From contig CM022677.1 of assembly GCA_012295275.1 (NCBI GenBank), positions 6,882,001-6,946,000 on the forward strand: a stretch of 64,000 nt of DNA, read 5' to 3'. Shown piece by piece: positions 1-13,452 of this stretch (within the stretch, counting starts at the first letter, position 1; every line of letters starts with the position of its first letter). The position numbers and the translations under genes were made by a program. The DNA is from Chrysomallon squamiferum (Eukaryota; Animalia; Mollusca). The notes below the pieces were generated by a model that worked only from the letters and a program-made list of their open reading frames with translations, was not told the origin of the DNA and did not search any database.

Positions 1-1473
1 AGTTATTACTAAGATATATGATAGATTTATTTTGATAGTGTCTCACTTTTATTGACATGAATTTCTGTTGTGGACTCAGTCTTTTAAAGACTGATCATAG
101 GTTCTTTAATGTTTAAGTCATTCTTCTAATTATTGGCTTTTTGATGTTTAAATATTTATTTTTCATTCTTTCAATATTTTGCTAAAATATTTAAAATAAT
201 TTTTGATAATTTAAAATTTTATTTTTTCAATTTCTTGTTCTTATTATTTTAAAAGTTTAACAACACTTTCTTGTTATTATTTTATTCTTACTTATACTGT
301 AAACAGAAAGTACTACTGTTATATCATAATATTAGAATTATGCAAGTGCCTGTTCTCATTATTATTATAATTATTATTATTAGTAGTAGTAATAGTAGTA
401 GTAGCAGTAGTAGTAGTAGTATTAAAATACTAATAATGTAGTATTATTATAATTTGTAAAATCACTTTGTGGAAAGACTTTGTAGATGACAGACAAAGTT
501 TGTTTTCACAGCAAGTCACTAAATACATTTTTTATTATTTGTTCAAGTTCTGAAATGCAATAACTGTTGGTTTTCATTAACAAATGTTAAGATTAACATA
601 AATACTGTTTTAAATTTAGTGCCACAAAAGGAAGATCAGTTTGATTTACTGTTTACAAATAAAATGTGTTAAATTACATCAAAGTGTAAGATAACTTGTA
701 ACACGAGACATAAACACAGTACTTTCCTAACAAAGCTTTAACAAAAAACTTTCTATTTTGTCTCATGTTGTATAATCAGATTGCAAATGGATGATATGTT
801 GTTTGTTTCCTGCTGAAAGCATTGATGCAACCATCAGTTCAGGTTTTGTTAACTTGCTAGTATTTATTCATTTTCTCTCTGCCAAAATCTTGGTTTTGCT
901 CTCTGTCTGGTGATAGCCATTATGTTATAGAATGACAGCTAGTCTCTGTTTTTCTGTATTAAATGACTTATCTTTTTGTTTGCACAATGGATCTGATGAA
1001 ATCTCTTCTATTAATTTCACTTTAAAATGCATTGTCATCTTTTAGATCACTCTGTCCATTATGACTGCAATAAACAACATAAAATGTGCTCACATGTATT
1101 TATGCAGATTCTACTTTTCACACTAAATGTAAATGAGTGACTTTACTTAAGTATCACAACACAATGAAAATAGTCTCATTCATCTAGCTGCAGATATTAT
1201 TACAAGACATGGGATCATTGTTTATTAATCCTTCAAAGAAGTGTGATCATTTCTTCTCACACTGTGGTCTAATTACATGCAAACTGCTGCCATTGTTTAA
1301 CAAGTGAAACTACTTCTAAAATTGAGTTCCTGCAGAGACATAGCTGATATGTATACGTTCTTTTGCTGTGGAATTTTCACTCGAAATCAGAAGTAGACAG
1401 CACATAGATCAATAATGTTTTGATATAATAGATTAATGTTAGCATGTCAGGACTTTCAAATGACTAGTCAGGT

Positions 1474-1596
1474 ATATATATACATATGTATGTATGTGTG
1501 TCTGTGTGTGTGTGTGTATATGTGTGTGTGTATGTATGTTTGTATGTTTGTATGTATGTATGTATGTATGTATGTGTGTGTGTGTGTTTGTGTGTT

Positions 1597-1627
<31 letters not shown>

Positions 1628-2012
1628 ATGTATGTATCTATCTATGTATGTATGTATGTATGTATGTATGTATGTATGTATGTATGTATCTATGTATGTA
1701 TGTATGTATGTATGTATGTATGTATGTATGTATGTATGTATGTATGTATGTATGTATGTATGTATGTATCTATGTATGTATGTATGTATGTATGTATGTA
1801 TGTATGTATGTGTGTATGTATGTATGTATGTATGTATGTATGTATGTATGTATGTATGTATCGATGTATGTATGTATGTATGTATGTATGTATGTATCTA
1901 TGTATGTATCTATGTATGTATGTATGTATGTATGTATCGATGTATGTATGTATGTATGTATGTATGTATGTATGTATGTAGGTATGTACGTATGTATGTA
2001 TGTATGTATGCA
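1474..2012. repeat. (TATG)n/(TG)n microsatellite
   Basis: Directly visible tetranucleotide array; it explains the MYVC/YIHT pseudo-ORFs. Confidence 0.97.
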
Positions 2013-2424
2013 TGTTTTCCTAATAACATAACATCACAGCTGCAAAGTGGTAGTATATTGTTTTCTGGGAATTGCCACACTGTGGATTTGTTGGTAGAGC
2101 AATCAGTAAACAAAGTAAACAAAAAAACAAAAAAAAACAAAAAATCTGAAATTTATCATTTTACAGGAAGATATTATTAAAATTTAATTTCTTGAACAGA
2201 TAAAGTAGATGGTTATTAATAATAAAAATTATTTATGTGCTGGCATGTCTGTGTAGAATGTCATCAAATCCTGCGTAGTTTAAAAAAAGAAAGAAAACAA
2301 TTGTCAAAATTAAACAAAACAGTATCTTGGTGATTTTTCCCACTTTGTTTGCAGTCTTATTAGTAACTGTATATACTAACAGTTAGTTATTTACTACCAA
2401 ATTTCTGTCATCATGTTGATATAG

Positions 2425-3069
2425 TGTCACGGAATTCAGATTGCTTAACTTTAATTGTTACTTCAAATCACATCCGCTCTTTTATTTTAAGCTATTGAAC
2501 TGAAATTGCTTAACTTTAATTATTACTACAATCACATCGCTCTTTTTATTCTTTCTGCAAATTGTTCAACTCCATGGCGTTGTTATTAAAAAAGGCTGGC
2601 TTTTAGTAATCAAGGAGAGAAGTAAGTGAAGGAAACGGTGAAGACGAGAATTCAGTCAGGCGGGGAAACCAAATGTTTTCGAATGACATTTTCTTTACGG
2701 ACGAGTATGGTGAGCAATTGTCTATTCTTATTTTGATAGGGTGTAATGTGCAATTAATCTGTGTTAGTAACATTTATTGTTTTAATCTGTCCTCCGTTCC
2801 GATTCTTACTTTGTCTTGGTTCCCTTTATAACCTTACTCGTATCATTAATCAAAATGATTTAAACTTATGTTTTATAATGTATTATTATCAAGTCACCTG
2901 TAATGTAAACCTTAACTTGTATAGTGGATAGGTAGAGTTACTGATTTATATAGTTTGCTGTCATTTTAGCGTTTATATTCCTTGTTAGGTGGCCATTAAA
3001 GCACCTTGTTACCGTACACTGAGCCTTAATAAAACATCCAAGGTGTTTAAAGGTGTGAGCCCCGTGACA
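2425..3069 (+). mobile_element. Probable solo LTR (~645 bp)
   Basis: Begins TGTCACGG and ends CCGTGACA, a perfect 8-bp terminal inverted repeat with TG...CA ends. AATAAA lies ~40 bp before the 3' end. No matching target-site duplication is visible. Confidence 0.5.
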
Positions 3070-4134
3070 GTCGTCTCTTTATAACACTCCACAGTGAACC
3101 ATCATAACACATTTCTGAACAGCAGTATTTAAACATACTCTAATTAATACGCATTGTAAAATTACCCGATTTATACCATCAGCCAGTTTCATTCATCTGC
3201 AGTCATAAAGCAAACCAGTTTTCATTTTGTGTCGTATTTCATCAGTAAAGATTGTATGTTCTATGCAGCTATAATTTAAAAAAAGTAAAATAAAAACACT
3301 TTCACTGCTATTCAGCTTGGTACGGTGTGATAACCTGATTAGTGCCTCTTTGGCAGACTTGTTTTTAATTGTAATTTTGTTTTCTTTGAAGTGAATTATA
3401 GAATATTCACTAAATCTTTATTTTTATATGCCCATTAAAGCAGAATGTCTGCTACAGTTTATCTTAAATATCTTATTATATTACGATAATATTTATTTAG
3501 TTATCTTGTATAATCATGTTTATAATTTATATTTTTACAGTCGTTAACTCTTTACGTAATTAATGACAGAAAATAGGGTTAAATACACAAAAACTAAATA
3601 GCAGAGCGTATGCAGATGTACACGGGCTATTAAGAAGCTGCTTTATATAATTAGGGGAAGTTCCGTTATTTAATAAACTAAGAAACACTGGGGTTTAAGT
3701 AACTGAAAATTGGTATTAAAAGCTTCAAAGTAAATTCAGAAAGGCTATCTGCAGAGCTGTAGCTATTGGTGTATAAGTAGCAGCACGCGTTTTGAACGAG
3801 ATCGAATATCTCACAACAGACTCTCCACCGTGATGGTCGACATGGTGCAAGCCCGGAAGAGAAGCTGTGAAGAATACTAACGGACGGATTGTGCTTACTG
3901 AGCGGAATTCAGAAACGAAAAAGATACTGTACCATTTTCTTTATTTATTTAGACTTAAATTCTTATTTATATTATTTGTAGGCTTTTGTATTATTGTTAC
4001 TTTTATTACTTTTTTTTATTTTATTTTATTTTATTTTTTTACTGTTTGTTCGACTTTTGTCTTTTACTTTCCAGTATCTTAAATAACCGATATATCTTAT
4101 CTTGATCTCGTCATAACACAAACAAAGACATTCA

Positions 4135-4560
4135 AAATTCGACAGTCAACTCAACTTCCGATGCCATATACACAACATAATTGCATCCTGCAAAAAAACA
4201 ATCAATCTTCTAAAGTTAATTTCCGGAACCAGTTGGGGAGCAAACGAGTCAACGCCGATTTTGATACACAAAGTGTGTATTCTCTCCAAGCTCGACTACG
4301 GAGCCACGGCTTACTCGAATGCTCCCAAACTCTATTTAAAAAAACTAGACACAATTCAATCAAGTGCCCTCAGGGTGATCGGCCACCTGCCAAACACAAC
4401 ACCATCCGACAGCCTCCTGTCGGAATACAGCATCCAATAGAGAGTAGGATTCGCATTCATAGCCCAAGATCACACAAACAAACCCACATGCACACAATTC
4501 GGCCGTATCAGAAATCACCTTTCGGTGTATACGGCCGAATTGGTAGCCATCATCAGAGCC
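4135..4560 (+). mobile_element. Non-LTR retrotransposon (LINE, I/Nimb-like group) RT C-terminal fragment
   Basis: The frame starting at 4135 (not the listed ORF frame) reads KFDSQLNFRCHIHNIIASCKKTINLLKLISGTSWGANESTPILIHKVCILSKLDYGATAYSNAPKLYLKKLDTIQSSALRVIG. This matches the FD.KL.F..HI / GTSWGA / SKLDYG / KLDTIQ..ALR signature of the LINE RT thumb. It frameshifts afterwards. Confidence 0.85.
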
Positions 4561-4669
4561 ATGCTGTGGGTAAAACACAGCAACAACAAACACACAGTCA
4601 TATTCTCGCACAGTCCGCGATCTGATCTCAATACAATCCGGATACAATAAGATAATAACAACAACAACA

Positions 4670-4861
4670 ACAAAATCGAAATGAAAATACATTCACCATC
4701 GCGCTGTAGTGATCTCGCAATTCAATTTTACGTTGGAAGATATCTTTTTCAAACCGCACGCACGTACGCACACACACACACACACAAACAGACACACACA
4801 CTCACACACACAGACACACAGGCAGACACACACACACACACACACAGAGACACACAGGCAG

Positions 4862-4892
<31 letters not shown>

Positions 4893-5023
4893 GGCACGAG
4901 CTGAAATAACATACGTACACACACAATCAGACATACTCAACACGGCCACTCCAAAAAATAAAAAAATAAAAAATAAAAAAAGACAAAAAGACAAAAAGAA
5001 AATAAAGAAATAAATATTAAGAA

Positions 5024-5068
<45 letters not shown>

Positions 5069-5792
5069 GACGAGAGAAAACGAAAAAACACATCGGGTTT
5101 TATCCGTCCACTGTCACAGCCTTCATTTCCTTACACGGCTTATCTCCCTCTAATAATTCTCGTTTGGTGTAGTCGTCGAAATTACCAGAGAAAAATAATC
5201 TAAATTCGATGCAAAGTTGCCGCCACGTTTGTGTGCTTGATTCCAAAAATCATTCTATATGGATTTAGTTTGAACTTGGTGCTGCCAAAAAATTGTTGTG
5301 GTTTTTTGTTTGTTTGTTTGCTGTTTTTTCAACAGGGTTCAATACGTTTAATAAATGAGTTAGTTTTGCTGCAGTCAACAAAAAAAAACGCATGCAAGAC
5401 CGAGTCCACGGCACAAACGCACACTAGGCACACTGTCGTCTGTGGAGTGGGCTCGATCTTCTATTCGTAAAGATGTTTTCGGACTAACTGCAACAACAAC
5501 AACAACAACAACGTGTCTGATCATTATATAAATTAAATCGTAATCGTCGTTATTTTCAATTAAGACAGAATTTAATCATTTTTAATGTTCGAAGAGAACC
5601 TGGTCAATTGTAAATGGGTAGGTTATTCGTCAATAGATGAGGCAACTGCCGAATTGTCCGGCACTGATTGAAAATTTGAAAGAAAAAAAAAAGAAAAGAA
5701 CAAAAAAACAAGAACAAAAAAGACGAACCGACGTCTGTTTATCTTCGTTCTTCTTAATGCGTGCGCTGAATAACGACAACGATAACGATGGC

Positions 5793-5857
<65 letters not shown>

Positions 5858-6110
5858 TGATGATGATGATGATGATAATAAAATCGAAATGAAAATACAT
5901 TAATTATCGCGCAGTCGTGATCTCGCAATTCAATTTTACGTTGGAAGATACCTTTTTCGAACCGGCACGCGCACATACGCACACGCATACACACGCACAC
6001 ACACAGGCGCGTTCTGAAATAACAAACATACGTACACACACAATCAGACATACACAACACAGTCACTCCAAAACCTGCGCCCACGCACACACTCGCTACC
6101 GATGTCAATT
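4670..6110. repeat. Duplicated spacer-like modules (about 4670-4950 and 5880-6075) separated by microsatellites
   Basis: The block AAAATCGAAATGAAAATACATT...GTGATCTCGCAATTCAATTTTACGTTGGAAGATA...CACAATCAGACATAC occurs twice. Confidence 0.85.
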
Positions 6111-6138
6111 GGCTCTTGCTGTTGGTCTTAAAATATGA

Positions 6139-6178
<40 letters not shown>

Positions 6179-6292
6179 AACGAAGAAAGTAAGAAAGAAT
6201 GTAAGAAAGAAAGTAAGAAAGTAAGAAAGAAAGTAAGAAAAGAAAAGAAAAGAAAACAAAACAAAAGAAAACAAAAGAAAAGAAAGAGGCGC

Positions 6293-6393
6293 GTCTACGG
6301 CGGTCACCCATCCAAGTACTGTCCGAGCCCTGCGTTGCTTAACTTCGGTGATCGGAGGAGAACCGGTGTTTTCAACGTGGTGTGGCCGTAGAC
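6293..6393 (-). pseudogene. 5S rRNA: 5S rRNA copy with an internal deletion near the 3' end
   Basis: The reverse complement reads GTCTACGGCCACACCACGTTGAAAACACCGGTTCTCCTCCGATCACCGAAGTTAAGCAACGCAGGGCTCGGACAGTACTTGGATGGGTGACCGCC-GTAGAC. This is the invertebrate 5S consensus with boxes A and C, but 101 nt long and lacking the TGGGAATACCGGGTG segment. A T-rich tract follows. Confidence 0.92.
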
Positions 6394-6467
6394 GATCGCT
6401 TTAACGAACCGAGGTCTATTTATCTTTGTTGTTCTTATTGCGTGCGCTAAATAACGATGACGATGGC

Positions 6468-6519
<52 letters not shown>

Positions 6520-7599
6520 GAAAAAAAGAATAAATAAAATAAAATATGTAAAACTTAAAATAAAAACATGACAAAAGAAAAATAAGATAAAAACATGAGG
6601 AAAACAAAAATAAAATATAAAAAGAAACAAAAAGAATAAAAAAGAATAAAAAAAATAAAATAATAAAAGAAAAGAAAAGAAAAAGAAAGAAATAAAAAAA
6701 TGAAAAGAAAGCGCTGGCAGTATTCGATCGTCTTGTTCTTCTTCTTCTAGTCAAAGAAAGAAAGAAAGAAAGAAAGCGCCATGCGTGTGTCTGTGTCTGT
6801 GCATCTACGGTACTGTACTATACTATAATAATAATAATAATAATAATAATAACTAGTAGTAGTAGTAGTAGTAGTAGTAGTACTAGTAGTAGTAGTAGTA
6901 GTAGCGGTAATGATAATAATAGAAAGGTTTCGCACTTATCCTGTGTTCACGAGTCATTTTGCACGAAATTAGTATTATTGCTGTTGTTGTTGTTGGTGCT
7001 GGTGGTCGTGGTGGTGCTGCTGCTGTTGTTGTTGTTGTTGTTGTGAACAGCATTTCGTCTTTCGTGGTGGTGGACTGTAAAGTGTCACTGTCAATAATTT
7101 TTTTTTTTTTTTTTTCTTAATTTTTGTGCACTCTTTAAGGCGAAATTGACATCGGTAGCGAGTACCGAGACCCAGTTTTCTAACGTTCATCTCACCGTTG
7201 CCATGGGAACCGATCTCGGCTCAGCTCCGTTCGGCTACACTCGGGTAGGGTCGGGTCGGGTCAGGTCGGGTCGGGTCGACTGCACTCCACTCGGCGGACG
7301 AGAAAAAAAGAAAAAAGCCGTCGGGCTTCATCCGTCCCCTGCCTATTATTATTACTGTTCTTGTTGTTGTTGTTGTTGTTGTTGTTGTTTTAATTATTAT
7401 TATTATTATTATCATTATTTGTCAGATATTTTAATTTTTATAGCATAAAACGATTATTTCAGTTTTGTACCCGTGATAAGTCTGTACTATTTATTTACGA
7501 GATATTTATGTGTGTATTGAAATACATAATTAGTATTATGACATATTAAATGCGCGGGCTCTTCCTGTTTAAGATAATTCTTGATTCTCTTCGTTGGCT

Positions 7600-7995
7600 G
7601 AGTAGACTTTCTCAGCGGGCGCATCACCTATTAAAATATATCATTGTAATTTCTATTAATGTCGCCGTCGTTTCCGTTGTACGGGGATTGTTCCTGATGT
7701 TATTGGTGTACTCCTTTTTCTGTTTTTATTCGCTGTTATTCTTATTGTCTGACTGTGCCTGTCCTATATTAAAATGTATTATTATTACCTTTATTAATAT
7801 CGTCGTCATTACCGTCGTAACGGCGTTGTTTTCAACGTTCTGAATGTCCTTAACCTAATTATTTTGTATTTTATTAAGTATTGTAATTAGTGTCCACATC
7901 CTACATTAAAAAATATCATTACTCTTTCTATTAATGAGGCCGTCATTGCCGTCGTTCCAGCATTGTTCTTAGCGTCTTGATGTACACCTGATTAT
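7600..7995. repeat. ~138-bp tandem repeat, about 3 units (copy 1 of a dispersed family)
   Basis: The motif TTAAAA..TAT.ATT...T.TATTAAT..CG.CGTC recurs at 7631, 7769 and 7906. Confidence 0.8.
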
Positions 7996-8134
7996 TGGTT
8001 GGATGGCGAAATGGATCACTGAAAAGAAGAAGCTGAAAGATGAGATTAATGTTCATCAGACACAAGGAAACACAGAGATCAGGATGAATTACATTTAGCT
8101 GTAAACTGACGGACATATATATATATATGGAAAC

Positions 8135-8295
8135 AAGATAGATTGATAGATAGATGGAAACAGAGATAGATAGATAGAGAGATTGATAGATAGATGGAAA
8201 CAGAGATTAGATAGATTGATAGATAGATGGAAACAGAGATAGATAGATAGATAGACTGATAGATAGATGGAAACAGAGATAGATTGATAGATATA
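8135..8295. repeat. GATA-based minisatellite (GATAGATAGATGGAAACAGA)n
   Basis: Visible tandem units. Confidence 0.85.
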
Positions 8296-8602
8296 AAATG
8301 AAAAAGGCTGATATGACTGGGTCATAGTTTGTATTCAGTCTAACATAATATCAGCCCACTCAACCTTTCCTTTATAACATCTTACGTCTCATACAGTTTT
8401 AGAAAAGATTATTAATCTGTGCCTTTCTCTATATTCCTACCTTTTGCTAAAACGCGAGAAGTCGCAATATTAACGTCATAAATTATATTACACTATAGAT
8501 TAAAATGATAATTTCAAGTAAAAACATCCATTATAGAGAATACCTGTATATTAGGAAATAGGGAGTGTACTTTCAATTTATTTAGATTTTTTTTAATTTG
8601 AA

Positions 8603-8637
<35 letters not shown>

Positions 8638-9136
8638 GTTGTTGTTGTTGTTGTTATTATTGTTGTTTTAGTGTTGTTGTTGTTGTTGTTATTATTATTA
8701 TTTATAAATAATAGAAGACAATTTAAATGATATTCCGTTATGTAAACAAAGTATCACGTTTATTTTGTAAAACGATGCAATTTACATTATAAATCCAATA
8801 ATTATAAACAAGTAAAAATAAAGAGTTATTATTAATTAAGGATACAGTGTTTACAAGAATAAATCATATAAGATCACATAATTATAAGCAAGTAAAATTA
8901 AGGTTTTACTTAAGGATACCGCTTTTTACACTGATAATTTTACCAGACTAAGAACGATATTTCATTAGCAACTTTCGAGGTTATAGTGAAAATATGATAA
9001 CGTGATATGATGTGATATTCCCCATCGGAATTTATGTTGTGTTTACTACATTAATGCAGAATAATTAGTACTCAGCAAAAATAACTTAGTGTTTTTGTTA
9101 AGACAATACACTATTTACATTGATTATTTTCGCTGC

Positions 9137-9176
<40 letters not shown>

Positions 9177-9869
9177 TTTACGCCTCACCTTGAAATTAAA
9201 AAGATAAATATCACTCCATATATAATTAACTATTTACTAATATCTGAAAATATAATCTCAGCTTTTTAATATACACCTGTCTAGAAAAAGAAAATCACTA
9301 TTTAATTATCATTAGAAACTCAGGGGCAGCTAACAACTAATCCTGATTTGGTTAGTAACAGAGAACTGGAATCTGCAAGGTTCCTTATTTCTCAATTTCT
9401 CAGCTATCCTTCTAGAATGAGATCACATTCAGTTAGTTATACGACAAATTATACTGAAAATTACAGTATGGTTTCACTGTGAACATTCAGAAATATAGAC
9501 TGAACTTCTGAGTTATAATCTTTTTATAAATAACAGTAGCTTTGTATGTGACATCAAAAATATAGCGAGAAATAAAGAGGGAGCATACAGTGTGACCTTT
9601 TATAAACAGCAGAAACATGATTCACTGAAAAACTAGGATTAACTTTACACGGCGTTATGAAAACGTTTTAACGCTGCAATCAGAATTTAAATTATTATTT
9701 TTCTTAGCAGAGGTGTAGCTAGTATTAAAACATTGTTTTGGAAAATACAGCGGGTGTTCTTTTTTAATTAACAGTATTAGAAAAAGTACTGTATATATAT
9801 ACAGCAGAACTTTATGAAAATAACCTGAGATTCAGGTACGAAACGTTCGTTTTGTTAAAATAACGTGGT

Positions 9870-10240
9870 ATTTTACTAATTCTAAATCGTGTAATAAAAA
9901 GGTGTAATTTTACTGTACGTGAACCTTAAACGTTATATACACTACTCAAAATATTGATAATCACAGATAATCTACTAAATATAACTGACAATTATAAATT
10001 ATAATTTTACATGGCGTTAAGAAAATAAGCTCTTAATTACCTGTAAAAAGAAGAAGGTGAGAATTAATTACCTGAAAAATAGAAAAAGGTGAGAATTAAT
10101 TGCTGGTTGAGCGGTGATATTTACAGTCAAGAATGTTGAGAAATGATAATCTCATATTTTGTTAATATCGTACAGGTTATATATAAAAATCTCGGAGTTA
10201 ATTCCCTTGAATCACGATAGTGTGTACTGATTAGCTGAGA
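9870..10240. repeat. Dispersed repeat; inverted copy at about 38260-38600
   Basis: GAGAATTAATTGCTGGTTGA, TACATGGCGTTA.GAAAATAAGC and GAGTTAATTCCCT.GAATCACGATAGT match reverse-complemented segments at 38.3-38.6 kb in collinear order. Confidence 0.8.
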
Positions 10241-10353
10241 ACAAGCAAGATGAACATGTTATTTTATTACGCGAAATTTAATGTTTTTATTACATTCATT
10301 AAAAGGTTTCCGTCCAGTTTAAAACTAAATACTTCTTTATTAAAAAAAAAGAG

Positions 10354-10409
<56 letters not shown>

Positions 10410-11713
10410 CTAAAGGAGAAATCGTGAACATTTAAGAAGCATGATTTTTAACTAAAGAGTATCGCTATTTACACTGACCATTTAACCATCGATATCAAAT
10501 TAAGAACCAGTTTTTATCACGTTTTAATATAGGATATTAAAATTAGATTAATTAGAGATTATCGGTCCTATTATTGAATAATTATGGAATTTCATTCGGG
10601 ATTATCTCACTTTACTCAATGTAAAAAAAAAAAGATGAAAGGGAAAGAAAAAAATCTCACTGAAAAGTGCACATTTAATTGTCAGTAATATGAAAACAAT
10701 AGTAAATACAATCTTCATCTATCACTTCACATGTATTCATGTTAATAATAAAATATAACATGAAAGACCATCATTATACTGTGAGAAGGACGCTAATTTG
10801 GAAAATAAAATAAAAATATCTGTTTTTCAAGATGTGTTGTATAGCTAATAAGATTAACGAAGAAATCCTAATTTTCATTGATAACAGTACATGGCATATT
10901 AAAAATAAAATTTTAATGACATGAGTATAATTAATATTCAGATGTGGAGTGGAGATATAAAGCTTCTATCTTACTTTAACTTTAGAAAATTATTCAAATT
11001 TTGAAATGATCAAAATATAACGTTAATGTCGTTTATAATAAAACACACACAAGGTTAAAAACGCAACAACATTCTGGCTTTTTCCTGACACTGTAGAAAC
11101 TGATAAAGTTCCTCACTTATTACAATCAATCATTAATCATTCTGCAATCGTAACGCGAACAAATCTCTTACAATACATTTTGAAAAAGGTTCAATTTTTT
11201 GTTTGTTTTTAGCCTGCCATTTTACATTTTTTTCAAAAGTATTACTTCCTTTCCTGTCAGAGTATGAAGACTTTCACTAAAAAATAAACATAATAAAAAG
11301 AAATATTAAGAAACTGAAACAAACGCTGGTACTAAACAAACGTAATTTCCGCTCAGTCTCAGTTTATTCATATGAACAGCATTGCTGGCAGTAAACAGTA
11401 ACGTAATTTCCGCTCAGTCTCAGTTTCTCTTCAGAAAGCTACGCTCACACAAATCAAATATATTTACGTAATTAATTATATGAATGTAAATTGTTACGAT
11501 TCCATATTCTCTCTCATTCTCCTGCTAATCTGTATATAATTTGTAGGCAATAAAATAAAACATAACTGCCCCACGAACACTATCTAGAATAAATAAATAA
11601 GTACATAAAAACTAAAATAAAATAAAAATTGTATTCGTTGAAACCTAGTCATATAGGCGTGGTGACTTTTTTGGTTTGTTTTTTGTTTTTGTTTTAAATT
11701 ATTGTTTATTATT

Positions 11714-11787
<74 letters not shown>

Positions 11788-13380
11788 GATTTTTTTTTTT
11801 TTTTTTTAGGAAAAGGTTAGTGTTAATTACAGGTTGACGATGATATTTAACTTTACTTATACTTGGTGTCTAATTAGGTTGAATTCTATTATTTTAGGTG
11901 CAGCGGAGATTTCAAACTTTTTTCTCCGAGGAGATGTCAATTAGCAATTAAATAATATATATAATAGAAATATAGAAATATATTCTGTAGGTACAAATAC
12001 ATTATGATGTCAATATTCCAGGCAAAACAATCCTGCGGTATTAAAATTAGCGCCGTACAAACAAAGAAAATATCACATTATTATCTTTTTAACAATCTAA
12101 ATTTGTCGTATAAATCTGGGGTCTCATCAGAAAGAAAAAAGCGTAACTTTTTCTTTCTTTCAGTTTTTTTTTTCCTTCTCGAGTTCATTTCATACAAATA
12201 AGCTGAGACTTGTTTTAGAGATGGCACAACCAAAGCTTGCGGGGTCTGACAAAAAGGAAATATTTTATTACGACATAACGTATTATTTTAATAGGATGAA
12301 CACTTTTCTGCAGATTTACATAAGGCGAGGTTAATATCACCTCTCAACCGCCGTAAAATACAATGAAAAGTATTTGGATAACTTTGAACTTTTCTCTTTT
12401 TTCTAATTAACAATATTACAGTTATTCACGTGTAATTCTATTAACTACAGCATAAATTAAATTGATAAATTCAGGTGATCGGCCATACAAAGATATTTCT
12501 CTGCCACAAAAAGCCTACTCGAATAATGATAAATAAATAAATTACCTGTGTGGAAAATAAACAAATGCTTATCACGTTACTGTTTAATTATTTAAGGTGG
12601 CTTTCTTATAAATATCTGAAGAAAACCTGAGCTGCTTCAACTTTGTTAATCTTTCATTGTTTAGTCTAAGGTGATTAGGGCTGATTAAAGAAAAAACAGT
12701 TTCAGTTATAAATAACGTTGTTACATTTTATTTTATTTTTAATGTGTAACATGCATGCATTTTAAAAATGAAAATAGCTGGTTTTTCTTTTATCATTCTC
12801 AATTTATTCCTTTTTAGAGACAGATTTATTTATTTATTTTCTTTCTTTCTTGTATTATATATGTTTAAATATTTTTTGCCCAGTAAATTAATTTTCTATG
12901 ATTTAAAAAATGTATTAATATTTTACACTAAACGAGTGAGTTGTTACTAATGTTATTGTGTACTTCTCATTATTCTTTTTTTAAATTATTCTTTATTTAT
13001 TTATTTCTTTATTTATTTTCTTTAAATGACTGATGTATGGTATTGATGGTTATTGATTTCAATGGATGGACAAGATAAAAGAAAAGTAGACAGATTATAT
13101 AACTGTTAGTTAGATTGATTATGTTGATAAACTGAGAAAATGTATAGATAGACATACATATGGAGATGTATGTAGATAGGTGATATGCATAACAAAATGA
13201 ATGTGTGTGTGCGTGTGTTTGTGAGTGTGTGCCAGTGATAAGGATGGCTAAATATGGGAATTGTAAATGGACAGTATCACAGAAAGATAGATATAGAAAG
13301 TAGTTATAATTATTTAGGGAGATAGTCAGGAAGATGAATAGGTGATTCATGGATGGTTATTGATGGAATGTAATGTAGAT

Positions 13381-13452
<72 letters not shown>

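Noticed and set aside
1436-2180. Long ORFs of MYVC/YIHT repeats
   Set aside because: Translations of a (TATG)n microsatellite. The same applies to the poly-Y/N/L/T/HT/ER ORFs elsewhere.
4161-4625. 154-aa ORF as a gene
   Set aside because: It is mostly an alternative frame over the LINE fragment; the RT motifs are in the frame starting at 4135.
5235-5300. Two Sm-site-like motifs (ATTTTTGG, minus strand) suggesting an snRNA or SL RNA
   Set aside because: No recognisable U1/U2/U4/U5/SL sequence or flanking stems.
11339-11427. 27-bp direct repeat with a ~34-bp spacer, CRISPR-like geometry
   Set aside because: Only two units, eukaryotic context and no cas genes; a simple local duplication.
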